Of a DNA stretch of 64,000 nt, positions 1 through 13,748 are shown in pieces. The DNA is from Callorhinchus milii (taxonomy: Eukaryota): the NCBI RefSeq assembly GCF_018977255.1, contig NW_024704842.1:1-64000 (forward strand). The letters run 5' to 3'. A program made the translations under genes and the position numbers. Positions within the stretch are counted from its first letter, which is position 1, and each line of letters opens with the position of its first letter. The notes beneath the pieces are model-generated. The model worked only from the letters and a program-made list of their open reading frames with translations. It did not search any database and was not told where the DNA came from.

Positions 1-460
1 CGTGATAGACGGAGATTGAGAGAGATAGACGTAGNNNNNNNNNNNNNNNNNNNNNNNNNNNNNNNNNNNNNNNNNNNNNNNNNNNNNNNNNNNNNNNNNN
101 NNNNNNNNNNNNNNNNNNNNNNNNNNNNNNNNNNNNNNNNNNNNNNNNNNNNNNNNNNNNNNNNTAAGGGAAAGGGCGAGTGTTCACTTCTCGAGCAGGG
201 AGCAATGTTGGGACAGTTTTCTTCATCCAAACAAACGTCTCTGTTGACATATCGATCAATAGGAGCCCTGGTGTTAGTCGATTGGCGAATGAATTTAGCA
301 CAAACAAATATACATGGAGTGAGCAGATAGTGAAGCCGTCACCGAGAATATAATTATAACCTACAACGTTAAAGGCGTTCGACAAATTTTGTAAACTTTT
401 GCAGCCTTTTGCTGATTTCTGGTTGCATTTCAATCAGAGATTTTGATTCGAGATTTGAGG

Positions 461-1541
461 ATGAAGCGGAGTTTCAATGCAACGCGTATTATTTTGAATA
501 TAATGTTTTCCCTCTTATGTAAGTGTGGTATGAGTCTCTCACCTTCTCTGTCTTTCTCTCAGTGTCTCTTAGCCTATCTCAGTCTCTTTTGAATCTCTCG
601 CAATCTTTCTCTCTGAGTCTACCTGTAGTCTCTCTCTGTATCGATGTCTCTCTCCCTCTCGCCTCCATCTCTATCTCCGTCTATCTTCGTCTCTCTCCCT
701 CCCTCTCCCACTCTCTCTCTCTCTCTCTCGTCGCCTCTCTCCCCCTTTCTCCCTCGCTCTCTACCTATCTCTCTCTCTCTCTGAGTCTCTCCCACAACAG
801 CACTGTACATACATGTTCTAATGTATTTTCACCCTATGTCTCTCTCTTAGTCAATCTCTCAGTCTTTCCCACAAAACGCAAAGTCACTGCACTTTATTTT
901 ATACTCTTGCCCAATTTCTCCGTCTGACTGTCTTTCCCAGGCTTTCTCNNNNNNNNNNNNNNNNNNNNNNNNNNNNNNNNNNNNNNNNNNNNNNNNNNNN
1001 NNNNNNNNNNNNNNNNNNNNNNNNNNNNNNNNNNNNNNNNNNNNNNNNNNNNNNNNNNNNNNNNNNNNNNNNNNNNNNNNNNNNNNNNNNNNNNNNNNNN
1101 NNNNNNNNNNNNNNNNNNNNNNNNNNNNNNNNNNNNNNNNNNNNNNNNNNNNNNNNNNNNNNNNNNNNNNNNNNNNNNNNNNNNNNNNNNNNNNNNNNNN
1201 NNNNNNNNNNNNNNNNNNNNNNNNNNNNNNNNNNNNNNNNNNNNNNNNNNNNNNNNNNNNNNNNNNNNNNCTGAAAACGAGGTGTCACAGAGAACTCGGG
1301 CCTTGTCAGAGAATGAAAAAGGAAATGTACCTGTGGAGTGCACCACCACTGTGTCCAACTCTTTCTTTCAATGGTACAAACAGTATAGAAACGGCTCTAT
1401 CCTGTTTTTGATTTTGGGAACAAGTGAGGTAAATGTGAAGGACAGGATAAGGGCTTCGACGGTTGTAAAAGATAACAGAAGCAGGCTATCAATCCAAGGC
1501 GTGCCGGTGTCGGACACCGCAACTTACTTCTGTACGGCGAG
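461..1541 (+). CDS. TCR alpha/delta V segment 1 (leader 461-518; V exon visible from ~1271 to 1541), probably functional
   Basis: Leader MKRSFNATRIILNIMFSLL + phase-1 GTAAGT donor. V domain ..VECTTTVSNSFFQWYKQY..DTATYFC. RSS: CACAGTG 1542-1548, 23-bp spacer, ACAAAAACA 1572-1580. The splice acceptor falls in the N gap 949-1270. Confidence 0.85.
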
Positions 1542-2537
1542 CACAGTGTTGCGTGTGTAACAGCCGTCTGTACAAAAACATATTGGGGTTAATGTAGATC
1601 AATGGTTGAAGCACCCGCCTCACAGACGACAGGGCCTTCGATCGATTCTCGGCAGGACAAAACGTTAGACCAAATTAGCTGTTGTTTTTATCCCACAAAA
1701 ACACACAGTCACTGCAATTTAACTTATAGCCTCTCAAGCGCATTGAAACGTCCCAAATGCAAGGATTATTATTATATCTCTCAATTTGGTTTGGATAATC
1801 ATCAGCATGGTGATTGGTTTTCAAATGTGTCAGACACATATTTTACAACAAATGAACGTTAAAATATGAAGCGTTATTCATCAGAATCAATCGTACAGTA
1901 CAATCACTTGCAGTCATAAATTATGCTAGAAAACTAGTGTATTGTATCCAAACCGCTCTAACCCAGAAATCAAGAGCGGAAAGTGACGGGAAGTAAACTT
2001 TTTAGATATCTGAGAAACTGCTGACGTTACGTGGCTCCACAACTTTCGCTTTGAAATCAATTGCACGTTTCGATTCGTTACCAAATTGACACTGTGCCCC
2101 TGGGATGTGAGGCCAACACACATTATACCATTGTCCATCCGTCTGCACACACTCAGGTGCTTCCACTGAACAGCTCATCCTACATTCTTTTGACTGTCTG
2201 TACCATAACAATCTTTGACATTTGAGACAGGGCCTTATCTTGTCTCTGAAGCGTCTCAAAGCGCTTCATACAATGCATTCTCAAGTCTAGTGACGTGCCT
2301 GTGTGATTGGGCGGCGAAACTCGAGAACGAACCGTGCACGGCAGAGTGTCTCGAAGGGTCGTGGATTGAGTAACAATCTTTTTGAGGGTTTATTATCCCT
2401 GTAAAGCGATCCATCAATCGACTGACAATCCGGTTCCTGTTTACTGTTCGGTAAACAGATGCGGGTGGAGTAAGGAAAACTGCCTACGGTTTTAAAGGAA
2501 ATTTTATTTTCTTCACTAAAGCGCAGAAAGATTCGTT

Positions 2538-2979
2538 ATGAAGCGCGATACACTTTACTCTCATCCTCCTGAAAGCTGCCGTGTTGCTCTGGAGTGAGTA
2601 TGTTCACAGATGAACCCGCTTGCGCTTTGCGACACATTGTATTTAATTCGACCACAATTAACGAGTGACTTTCATGAACAGATTTCTTTCGTTTACTAGG
2701 AGTCAGATGTCAGGAGAAAGTCTACCAGACGCCATTCTCTGTGACTGTTGGGGGAGAAGGAAAAAGTTCATATCAGCTGTTCCGCAACAGACGCTCAGAC
2801 CTTTCAATGGTACAGACAGTATCCGAACGAGGCTCCCGCACACTTGGTAACAGGAAAGGCAGGAGAGCAGCAGAAGGAGAGGATCACAGCTACGATGAGC
2901 TATAGAGACGGGAAAAGTAATCTGAGTATCACAGGCACAGAAGTGACAGACGCTGCCGCCTACTTGTGTGCAGTGGAGA
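2538..2979 (+). pseudogene. TCR alpha/delta V pseudogene 2
   Basis: Leader 2538-2593 is 56 nt and out of phase. V exon from 2700 has a frameshift in the G-run near 2750 (VTV/GEKEKVHISC..FQWYRQ..AAYLC). Degenerate RSS: CACCAGTG 2980-2987, 22 bp, ACACAACCT. Confidence 0.85.
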
Positions 2980-4143
2980 CACCAGTGAGACAGTTACATA
3001 GAGAGCCGTACACAACCTCCAGTGATCAGCCAGCATTCCCCTCTTGTTCATCACAGTGAATGCTCAGCACTCACTTCCTCTCAGTTTCCCTTAATTTCCT
3101 TTTTAATGATGCATGTCTGCAGGACTGCTGCGTCTTGTAATATTGAGGTTATAACAGTCGCCATCCAAACGAGAGGACTTCGGGTTTATTGACTGGTCCT
3201 GAGAACGCTAAACCCAAGTCAGGTTCCCTTGTTCTACACGCACGTCTCTTTTTAACGGGGAATAAGTATGAAACGGTGGCATTTATTGCTCAACAAATTG
3301 CTTTACGGATAATAATAAAATAAATTTCCCATATATTTATGGAGCATTGCTGTACAATATTGGCTGCTCCATTTCTCCTGCTAAACATCCCACCGATCTA
3401 CTTTCCATTATGTTCTGTGAGGCGCTTTTATTCGTCTGTTATACATAAGGCGCTACATCAAGTGTAATGATAGTTATAATGATTATTATTAGTATTTTCT
3501 CTGAAGCGCTTAAAGACGTATCGTAATCACGATTTTTCCCTATATCAATTACAATAATTATCATTAATACTATGAATGCAGACATGTGAATAGTCTGTAC
3601 CTAGTGAAGGGAAGAGAGGGGTAGAACTGCAAGCAGATAGTTGGCGTAATCAATCCTGGACATCAGTAATAAAAGATGATTGACGATATATAACCAAAAT
3701 GTAGCCCAACTTATATTTACCACCCTTAATATTGTCCCCAGCAAACTTGGGCCTAGAAACCTGTGAAAATGATTAAGCAGTTGTTTCCCTTCCAGAAGAA
3801 AGCTTAAGTTCCTTTCAACACGTACGTTTACACCCACAGTTAACAAATATGTGGAACTTAAATGTGGGTGTAACTTGCTGATTGTCAATCCCGGCAGAGC
3901 AAAGATATGGCAACGATTGAAGAGAACCAATGGAGGAGCGAGATGGCAGAGCAGAGAGGATGGTGCACAATGACAGAGACACAGGATTTGTACATAAACC
4001 ACAGAGCCGCTCCCTCACAATATATGGCAACTTCTGTATGTCGTTTCCAGCTCAGCCCTCCTCATGGTATCTTACTTACTCTCGGCCAACACTCCACAAC
4101 TACACTATCAACGCTCTCTCAACGCCTCACGCATTACATACGT

Positions 4144-4993
4144 ATGACAATGTACATCTATGTATTAGCAGCCATCATTATCTTATCAGTTAAGCGACAA
4201 AATCAGTCTGGTTCCGGCACATATTATCCAAAGTCTATGTGTTATTGCATAGAATAAGCAATACGCTATAAGACTCATGGAGAACTGTAGCTTAGCGGAT
4301 AGCTTAGCGGAATTTAGCAAACTGGCCTCGCAAGCGAAATGACCTCGGTTGGGACAAAGGGAAAACTTTGGAAAGCTTCGTCACTCCACACACCTACCTG
4401 TGTTTCGGTCGCAGTCAGTGTGTGCCCGTTTGCTAGTGATTTGTTCGATCGCATTTCAGGGGTTAATAATTATTTTAAGTATGTGACTACTGATAAGAAC
4501 ATTGTGTTCACTCAATCCATGAATGTTAGATGGACAATAATGTGGGGAATTGGCTGTCACAGGCATACAATCTGTGAGGTGGTTGGTTTCGAGACATCCC
4601 GACGAATTGATAAGGCGCTGTATCAAATATTAGCAATATCATTATGATTGAATTGAACGCTGATGTTTGTCTGGTTTCCAGGACATTGTGGAGGAGACGC
4701 TGTGACACAGCTCCAATTTACTGCAACAGTGAATAAAGGAGAGGATATTTATCTGCAGTGTAATTACACAGCTACAAACAGCAATTATAAATATCTGTTC
4801 TGGTACCGTCACTATCGGAACAAAGCTCCAGAATATATCCTGAGGACAGACAACAAGAACAACGACCAGCAACATGCGGACATTGCCAAAGAACGTTTCT
4901 CAACGAAAGTATCCAAGGCGGAGAGAACCGTCCCATTAAATATATCCCAAGTGAGAGTGACAGACTCCGCGGGTATTACTGTGCACTATGCCC
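4144..4993 (+). pseudogene. TCR alpha/delta V pseudogene 3 (paralogue of V5)
   Basis: Leader MTMYIYVLAAIIILS with donor GT changed to TT at 4190. V exon from 4682 has a 1-nt deletion just before TATTACTGT (YYC out of frame). RSS: CACAGAG 4994-5000, 23 bp, ACAAAGACT 5024-5032. Confidence 0.9.
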
Positions 4994-5362
4994 CACAGAG
5001 GCACAGCTCAGCAATTTCGCCCCACAAAGACTGCCATGTGGTTTCCTGTAGCTCAGTGTTCATAGCATATGACTCGAAGCGGGATCAACTGGGTTCGATT
5101 CCTGCAGTAAAAGAAGGAACGCTGTTGTTATTCGACGGACGGATCAATCTTCCAGGGTTAATAGATAATAATATGCAAGATAATAATATTAATGTTAAAA
5201 TGGTCAGCTATTCCAGTTAGACAGTGACGTGTGCAATTGGCTGCTGCTTTTCGACCTTAAAATCGGCAGTCAATTGATTTACAGCACATTACTTAGAGCG
5301 CTTTTAAGCATCTCTTGATGCGACTCGGCAGTATATCATATGCAAGGTTTCTATTATTATGA

Positions 5363-5680
5363 AATAATAATAATAAACCTTGAATTTGATTTATCGCTTT
5401 TTCCGTCGGGAGGACGTACCAAAGCGCTTCACAGAACACACTCTAAAGTGAATTGAATGTATGTTTGTGGGCGAACGCGGCAGCCAATTGCACACTGCAA
5501 TGTCCCACAAACAGTCGTACATTGAAAATGACCAATTTGTTAATGGTTTTGGTTTTCGAGGGATTATTATCAGGCGTGTGGAGTAAGGTAACTTGCCCAA
5601 GGTTTCGCCCTGCCTGGAATTGAGCTTAAGTCTCTCAGTTGCAAAGCGAGTGCTCTAACCACTGCGCGACAGGGTTCCAA
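5363..5680 (-). mobile_element. Full-length tRNA-derived SINE, same family
   Basis: Same head/core/tail structure as 31032-31355. Confidence 0.85.
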
Positions 5681-7158
5681 ATGCAAGGATATGCAAGGAT
5701 TTCTATACTAAGAAATATGATCATGTTATTGTCACAGAAATAGCTTCAAATATTTTGGTTTCAGGGGAGACCTGCACGAGGAAGTTTCTTCCCCTGCTCC
5801 TTTTATAAGTAGGAAAAAATAGGAAACTATTATTTGCATTTACATAGCGCCATTCTTCATGGAAAGCTAAAACAAACCTAAAATATATTGCTAAATTCAG
5901 TCTCCAATTCTAACGTTCTGCAGCTGCAATCCTCCAGCAGGTGTCGCACTAAATACACATATAACATGAGTTTGCAGCTGACATAACTTGTCACTTGCCT
6001 CATCTACGTACCTTTCTGCAACTAACTTCCTTGGCAGCTATACCAGGTGCTTCCTTTTATATTTGACATAATTCCTTCATATGCACTGTTGCTGCTTGAG
6101 CTGAAATGTAAGAACCTCACATAAAACATGATAAGCACAAAACACAGTTAGCTCAAGAAACAATATTTGTGTAAATATTTATATTTATTTTCGTTCTCCA
6201 AAATACGCAGCCAACCTTTCTGGTATATGATTGCGGAAATAAACGTAATAGATTTTGTTAAGAGTAAAATAGTCATTTATTTGGTTTAATTTGAAAAAGA
6301 GATTAAAACTGACCCAGTTTCATTCAAATTAAGAATTCAAGTACTATGCTGGATGCACTGTGAGCTGCTGAAATGGGGACAGAACCAGGAACATTCAGCA
6401 TCATAAGTGAAAGTTCCAGCAACAGAGTTAGGTTTTCACCTCAGGCTTGATGATAGATAGTAAACTTTTAATAGCTCGGCTGCAACGTACAAGACCAACC
6501 AAATCAATGCATTCATAACAATAATGAAAATATTCCTGAGCTTTACGTTTGATATAGCAACTTATCTTATAGTGGAGGCGTCTGAAAGCGCTTCACAGAA
6601 TACACTTTAAAACAAATTGAGAGTTGGTGAAACGCGAATACTGATATCCTATCCCAGTAGAACTGTCCTCCAATCCACGGCAGATCAAATTCAAGATCCT
6701 GATAAGATAAAGTATCATCAGCAGAGTAACGTTGTCACCTCAGCCTTGATGACAGAATGTAAATCTTTATTCCTTTTCGCTCTGCTGCATGGCTCAAGCA
6801 TTCATCAATTATTGAATGCATTAACCATAATAACAACATTTAAAATAAAAACAAAATTTCATTTGGTATCGGGCCCGATCACGTCTTGTAGACGTCTCAA
6901 AGCGCTTCAAATAATATATTGTAAAAGAAATAGTTAGTGGGTAAAACTTGCGTCCCACCCTAGCGCAAATCCGTTGCACCTACTCGCCAGAGGATCACGT
7001 TGAAGATCCTCTGGTTAGTGAGAAACGCCTACAATTGGAGGTAATAAAGCACTGAAACCGACAGATCAGCCGCTGCCACACAACTTGTCACTGAAGCAGC
7101 AACACAGCGATATACAAAGGAAGAGATTCCGTTATCTGTCCACACCTCAGCAGCCAAC

Positions 7159-7901
7159 ATGACAGCTCTCTGCCAGTTACTGATAGCAATCCTCACCAAA
7201 GCCAATAAGTATGTGTGGACATGCACAGTGCATGATGTTGACATCATAAAATTTCCGAAGCTAAATGGTTAGACATGTCGCCTCACCAGCGAGGAAACTC
7301 GAGTTTGATTGCCTCACGAATATGTTTCCCCAGCAGTGAGTAGGAAACACTTTGATAGTCGATTGCCAATCGCTTTCCTAGGTAAATCACTCAATAAATT
7401 ATTAATCAATTACCAATAATATCGGTGTAGTACTGCTGAGTTCAATTGTCTGCTAAGTTTCGCTCAAAAATATAACTAATTTACTTTACACTATATTCTG
7501 TGGTTTCTTTGAGACGTCTGAACCGTGTGATAACGAGCAATATAAAATGGATGAAAGCAAATTTTAAGTGGCTCGGAAAAATGTGTTGTTATTGTTTTTG
7601 CAGAAGTTAGCGAGCAAGATGTTCTATCCCAATATCCTCGCGAGAAAACAGAAATTGAAGGGCAAGACGTGACACTACGCTGCAGTATTTCAAGATTGGA
7701 TACTGTCTTCTGGTACAAGCATAATCCCGACGGAGCGCTTAAATACGTGCTCAGGATATTTACCTCTGTAAAGGTAAATAAATCTTCTGATCTACCTGAA
7801 CGTTTCACTGCTGAGCTGATCAAGAAGAATAAAGTAATTAAGCTGCAGATACTCCGGGCTGTTGTGGGTGACATCGCTGTGTATTATTGTGCCCTGGAGC
7901 C
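7159..7901 (+). pseudogene. TCR alpha/delta V segment 4: intact V exon, defective leader donor (ORF/pseudogene)
   Basis: V exon 7604-7901 is open (QDVTLRC..VFWYKH..DIAVYYC). RSS: CACACTG 7902-7908, 23 bp, ACAAAAACT 7932-7940. Candidate leader MTALCQLLIAILTKA at 7159 is followed by ATAAGT instead of GTAAGT at 7205. Confidence 0.75.
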
Positions 7902-8642
7902 CACACTGTTAAAGGAAGGTACATTCCCCATACAAAAACTCATCAGAAAGTCATGACTTCCGCTCACGTATTTGATTTGGTGCTTTCAGCAAACTGATGT
8001 GGTTATACAATGACAACAAGGAGAGTGGTGTAAACAGGCTGTGCTGTCTTGTTGTATATGGGATTAAGCAGTCGTTTTGCAAACTAGCGGACCCTGGTTC
8101 TATGGAAAAAAACGCTTTTTCCTGCCAGCAGACAGCGGCTGAACATAACAACAAAAGATAACTAATGTACCAGAATGTAGCCCAAAATATACATACCTCA
8201 CCAAGTCTTGTCTCTTGCCTGACAGCACCCAGTAATCTGTTAAATTAAGCAAACACTATGCGTTTCTCCAGGGAGAAAGAGAAAATTCGTTTCCATAGGC
8301 ACATTTACACGCGAAGATGGCATATATATGCGGAACTGATGTATGTGTTTTCGTGAACTGAAATATGGGTGTAACTTGGTGCAGACACACTGCTCAACAA
8401 GGACAAGTCACTGATGGAAGAGAACTATTGGATGAGCGAGATGGCGGAGCAGAGAAGCTGACGCACGATGACAGAGACACAAGGTTTGTACATAACCTTC
8501 AGACCTGCTCCCTCAGAGCATATGACAACTTCTTTATGTTGTTTCCTATTTAGCCCTCCTCACGGTACCTTACTTTCCTGCAGCCAACTTTCTCCAACTA
8601 CACCATCAACGCTCTCTCAACGTCCCGTGACATTAAACACAC

Positions 8643-9490
8643 ATGGCAATGTATGTCTATGTGGTAGCAGTGATCATTACCTTGTCAGGTAAGCGACAAA
8701 CTCGCTCTATTATCTGCGTCATGTGCATATTATCCAATGAATATATATTTTTGCATTACATAACCAATACGGTACACGACTCATGCATTCCTGCAGCAAA
8801 CGTGCTGACTTGGGTTTGGTTCCCGGCTTGGACATAGCGGAACCTCAGGCAAGTTTCCTTCCTCCACACACGCACCACTGTTTACCTCGAGACATGTTGG
8901 GACCCGTTCGTTGGTCGATCGTCCGATCAGTTTTCGGTGTTAATAATCTCTTAACGCGTACCAGTAATAATAATGCTATCAGTCATTCCATGAACTTTTA
9001 TAAGGAAAATGCTTTGCGCAATTTGCTGCCACGTGTCGACCACACAATACACATTCTCAGAATATTCTATGAAGCATTTGGAGATGCAATGATGTAGTAT
9101 GGTGCTGTATGAAAAGCAATAATTTGTATTATGATTATTCTTATGGTATTGAACGCTGATATTGGTCTGGTTCCCAGGACATTGTGGAGGAGACGCTGTA
9201 ACTCAGCTCCAATCTACTGTGACAGTGACTGAAGGGGAGGATGTTTACCTGATGTGCAATGCTACAGCTACAAGCGGCTACAATACGTATCTGTTCTGGT
9301 ACCGTCACTTTCCCAACAAATCTCCAGAATATATCGTTAGCACAGACACCAACAACAGGATCAAGGACGGCGCGTACTTTGCAGAAGAACGTTTCTCAAC
9401 GAATGTGTCTAAAGCGGAGCGAACCGTCCCATTAAATATATTGCAAGTGAGAGTTACAGACTCCGCGAGGTATTACTGTGCACTGAGACC
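8643..9490 (+). CDS. TCR alpha/delta V segment 5, functional (leader 8643-8688; V exon 9178-9490)
   Basis: Leader MAMYVYVVAVIITLS + GTAAGC donor. V exon GHCGGDAVTQ..LMC..YLFWYRH..DSARYYCALRP is in phase. RSS: CACAGAG 9491-9497, 23 bp, ACAAAAACT 9521-9529. Confidence 0.93.
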
Positions 9491-11668
9491 CACAGAGGCA
9501 CAGATCAGTGGTTCCGCACTACAAAAACTGCCTTGCGGCTAGAACACTCGCCTCACAAGCGAGAGACGTTGTTTCTATTGCCAGCAGAACGAATCATTGT
9601 GCAACTTTTCTTATTCCTCACACACGTCTCTGTTTACCTGCAGTCAGTTGGAAGCAGGTTGTTAATCGATTGGAGTATCGATATTCCAGGGACAATAATG
9701 CCTTCTGAATAATAGTGTTAATAATAAATTGGTCACTTCCTCCAATGAGACACCGATGTATACAATTTGCTGCCGTGCTTCACCCTCACAATATGCAGTC
9801 AATTCATTAACGGTATATTCTATGAAGCTCCGAGTGGCGTCTCGAAGATGTGATATGGCGCCATATCAAATGCAACTTTTATTATTATTGGTATTAGCTT
9901 TAGTCATATTATCATCCAAGTAATAAACAAAGATGTCTTGCTTTCTGGGGAGCGCTGCCACATGCAAGTGGGGCAGCAAGTGCTAGCAAAGAGACACGTC
10001 AAAGTAAGAGAATGTGAATAACATCGAAGAACAGAAAATATGACGAACGAGCAGAGAAATGAGACTAATGTGTAAAATTGCGGTGGGGAAGATAGCACCA
10101 AGGGAAGGCTAGATGGGCCCAAAACAATTATGCTGTAAAACGTTCCCAATTCTGAACGTGATGCAACTATAAGCCACCAGCAGATGGCGCACTAAACAAA
10201 CATAGACAACACGGACTGCAACGCACATAACTTCTCACGTTTCTGTCTGTAACGAACTTCATTTACAGCAGTACCAGGTGCTTCCTGTTGCAGCTGACAG
10301 AGTTCATACATATACACTATTGCTGCTTCAACCGAAATTTGGAAATATTGACTAAAGTATTAACACGACGCTTAGGTTGATCAAGAAACAATTTATGTTT
10401 CACATATTCTATATTATTACGTTTTACCAAAGAGTAGCCGCTCTTAAATTGTTTTCTCTGCGGTTTAGCAATTCTCTCAAGAACGTTGTTACAGTATCGG
10501 CTTCTTTCACCCTTTCAGGCAATGCATTTAAAATCAGAACAACTCGCAGTGTGAAAAAAATATATCTCACCGTCTCACTGTTTATGCAGGCAACTACAAT
10601 GAATGTGAATGATAAGCTATTTAACAAATTTATTATTACATAATGAAAAAAATCTTAGATATTTCATCACGAAACTGAAACATTCAAAAGCGACCGAAGT
10701 CGCTATGTAACATGTACTGGATTATATTCTGATGTTCTGGGCTGACACTCCAGAGCAGTCATTGTTCTATACAAATTGGAGGCAAAGTTGACAAACTCTG
10801 TTCTCGACGTTAAAACCTGAGAGAAGGTTTGAGGCGAATCGATGAAATGACAAGTCTTTATTTGATAAAAGCATTTCTCCAACACGAATAATGAAAACTA
10901 TTGTAGGGGCATGTCTTATTCAACATTTTTACAGTAACGATAATAAAAGCAAAGGTTGCATTTTATACACTGCCAAATTACGTCATTGAGACGTGTCACA
11001 GCTCTTCACAGACGACGCCTAAAAGTGGAGTCGCTATATTGTTTGATGCCAATTGTGTACAGCAGTGTCCCACAAAACCTTGGGTTTGAGTTGCCTTAAT
11101 TTTTGGCACTGTGGGTGTGGGTTAATCTTCGGGTGTGGAATGGAGGAGGTGAAGTGGGGGGAGGTGTGTGGGGCGTTAGATTGTATTGTGCGGATCAAAC
11201 GTGGTAGACAACTGTGCAAAACAGTGGCCCACACAATATTGTGGATTGAGTGACCTGATTGTGTGGCACTGTGTGTGTTTTTGTGCGGGGAGTGGAGGGG
11301 GCGGGGCGCTGTGTGGGCGGAGAGCTGTAAAGTGTCGGCAGAGATTGGGCTCAGTGCGGGCGGGTCAGTGACTGAGAAACGCAGCTCTGTGGGCGTGGCA
11401 GCGGCTCTGTGGGCGGGGCTGTTTGTGGGCAGGGCTGTAACTGGATGGCTACTGAGCCCAAAAGAACCATCAATCCACATTGGGGGGTGAATGTCAGACA
11501 CGGCATCATGATGCTCAAGTGGGAAACATGTGCTGTGCTTTCAATCACTCTCAGCTTACTTTGATACCGTCAGTATCTTTTGTACATCTTCTTTTCTTAA
11601 TATCTTGTTATACCTTTTACAGCAATATAACATTAATAATCATTTGATTAGATGTTGCGCCTTTCCAT

Positions 11669-12017
11669 ATAATAATAATAATAATAATGCTTGCATTTGA
11701 TATAGCGCTTTTCACGTCGGGAGGACGTCCCAAAGCGCTTCACAGAACACACTGTAAAATGAATTGACTGTATATTTGTGGGCGAACACGGCAGCCAATT
11801 GCGCACAGCAATGTCCCACAAACAGTCGTGATTGAAAATGACCAATTTATTATTGTTTTGGTTTTGGAGGGATTATTATTAGGCGTGTGGAGTAAGGAAA
11901 CTTATTATTAGGTGAGTTGAGTATGGAAACTTGCCCAAGGTTTCGCCCTGCCTGGAATTGAACTGAGGTCTGTCGCTTGCAAGGCGAGTGCTCTAACCAT
12001 TGAGCTACATGACTCCA
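11669..12017 (-). mobile_element. Full-length tRNA-derived SINE, same family
   Basis: Same head/core/tail structure as 31032-31355. Confidence 0.88.
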
Positions 12018-12335
12018 TATATTCGAGACGATTGTCAGCAGCAGTTTTACCAAATAGTCAGGGATTCAGTGACCATATTTTTATCTATTTTATAATCGAT
12101 TTCTTATTGAAGGGCACATTACCCTTGGAAAAGGGAGATGCCAGTCGAATAACAATCTTGTCCCTATTTGCTGCTTGGTAAACATTGGCGTATGGAGCAA
12201 TTGCCTAAGGTTTCGCTCTGGCCTGGTATAGAACCCAGATATTTTTGCTTGTGAGGCGAACGCTCTGACCAAAACATAACTGGACTCCACATTAGACCAA
12301 ATTGCTGGTCAAAAATATGTTCTTTTAAATCTCAG

Positions 12336-12639
12336 GAAACAGCCAGCAAGACACTTGGAAACAACCGATTGTTGATATATCAGTTGAAGAGGGAAAATAT
12401 GTGAAATTATCGTGCACCTTAAAGGAAATCAATGATGCCACCGCTCTCTACTGTTACAGACAAGCTTCCAGGATCGCTGCTGTCGACATACTTTACTCTT
12501 TTGCAGGGAAGGATTGCAGGAGCTCTGACTTCCCAGATCGATTCTCCTCCAAAGTCAATAAAACGAGTGAAGATTTCGAATTGAGAATTGTCACGGTCCT
12601 GATCAGGGACATTGCCGTATGTTACTGCGGCAAAGAGCC
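12336..12639 (+). pseudogene. TCR alpha/delta V pseudogene 6
   Basis: Frame is open but the conserved Trp is Cys (LYCYRQ) and YYC is CYC. Candidate leader at ~11508 has a stop before its donor. RSS: CACACTG 12640-12646, 23 bp, ACAACATCT. Confidence 0.8.
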
Positions 12640-13562
12640 CACACTGCTGCCGTGCTATGGCGGCTCTGTACAACATCTCCAACTGGTTGATTTTCTGATA
12701 CACCGCGAGCGGTCGTCATTGCATCGAACAAAAATAAAACAGCGTTTTGTACCTGTTTAAGTATGGAGAAATACTGTCAAGCAGTTGGGAGACATATTGG
12801 GAAATATTGATTGATTGTCTGTCATGCAACCGGCGCTTAAAGCATGATCATTGATTTAACTTACGGTGAAACATATCGAGAGTCCTGTTGTGTATTGATT
12901 AGTGCATTCGCTTCGCAAGCGAGAAGACCTGGTATCGATTCCCGGGCGGGTTGAAACGTTGGGCAAATTTCTTTGCTTCACACATACGGCTGTGTATACA
13001 CAGCAGAAGTACGAATACGGTTGTTAGTCGATTGGCTGATTGCTTGCCATCGAGTAATGATCCGTTAAAACATAATAATAACAACATTTTGGTCTCTCAA
13101 ACCATAAATATTTGTATGCAGCATTATGCCCCCAAAACACAGTGACTACACTGTATAACGTAGACTGTGAAGCGCTTGCACACGTCTCAATGGCATGATA
13201 ACGCGCTGTATCATACGCAAACATTAACATTATTATTAATATTATTATTTTACGAACGTATGACTACTGGACACATTTTCAATCGGTTTCAGATACAGGC
13301 CTATAGGCAGATGACTTTTATGGTGGTGATAATCCCTGAAAAATATGTATAATCTGTGATAATATGGACACTTTAACCAGGGGTTTTATGGGTCAATTAT
13401 GTGCGCTTTGGCTGCTGCGCTTTGCCCAGAGCATACATTTAATCCATAATACATGAAGCTCGCGGACATCTCCAAGATGTTATCAGTCACTATATAAATT
13501 GTAAGCGGTTCCATCATCACTAATATTACTGTTTTGAAGGCTGTTTTGTGTCTGGTTTGCAG

Positions 13563-13748
13563 GACATTGTGCAGGAGACTCAACGACATGGCTTTAATCT
13601 GCCGAGACAGTGAATGAAGGGAAGGATGTTTATCTGCAATGTAATTACACAGCTACAACTCCAGCGATCCCGATCTTTGCTGGTACCGTCAATGTTCCAC
13701 CAAAGCTACAGAGTATATCCTGAGCACGAGATCAATAAACATGCAGAC
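13563..13748 (+). pseudogene. Truncated V pseudogene 7 (V3/V5 family); FR3 and RSS deleted
   Basis: Aligns with V3 from the acceptor (GGACATTGT..) through TATCTGCAATGTAATTACACAGCTACA and TGGTACCGTCA. It then jumps directly to the post-nonamer flank (GACT.CCATGTGG.TTCCTGTAGCTCAGT). Contains a stop and frameshifts. Confidence 0.8.

Noticed and set aside
11034-11501. G-rich segment with ORFs and CACTGTG/TTTTTGT motifs
   Set aside because: Heptamer-nonamer spacing is not 12 or 23, there is no J motif, and composition is low-complexity.
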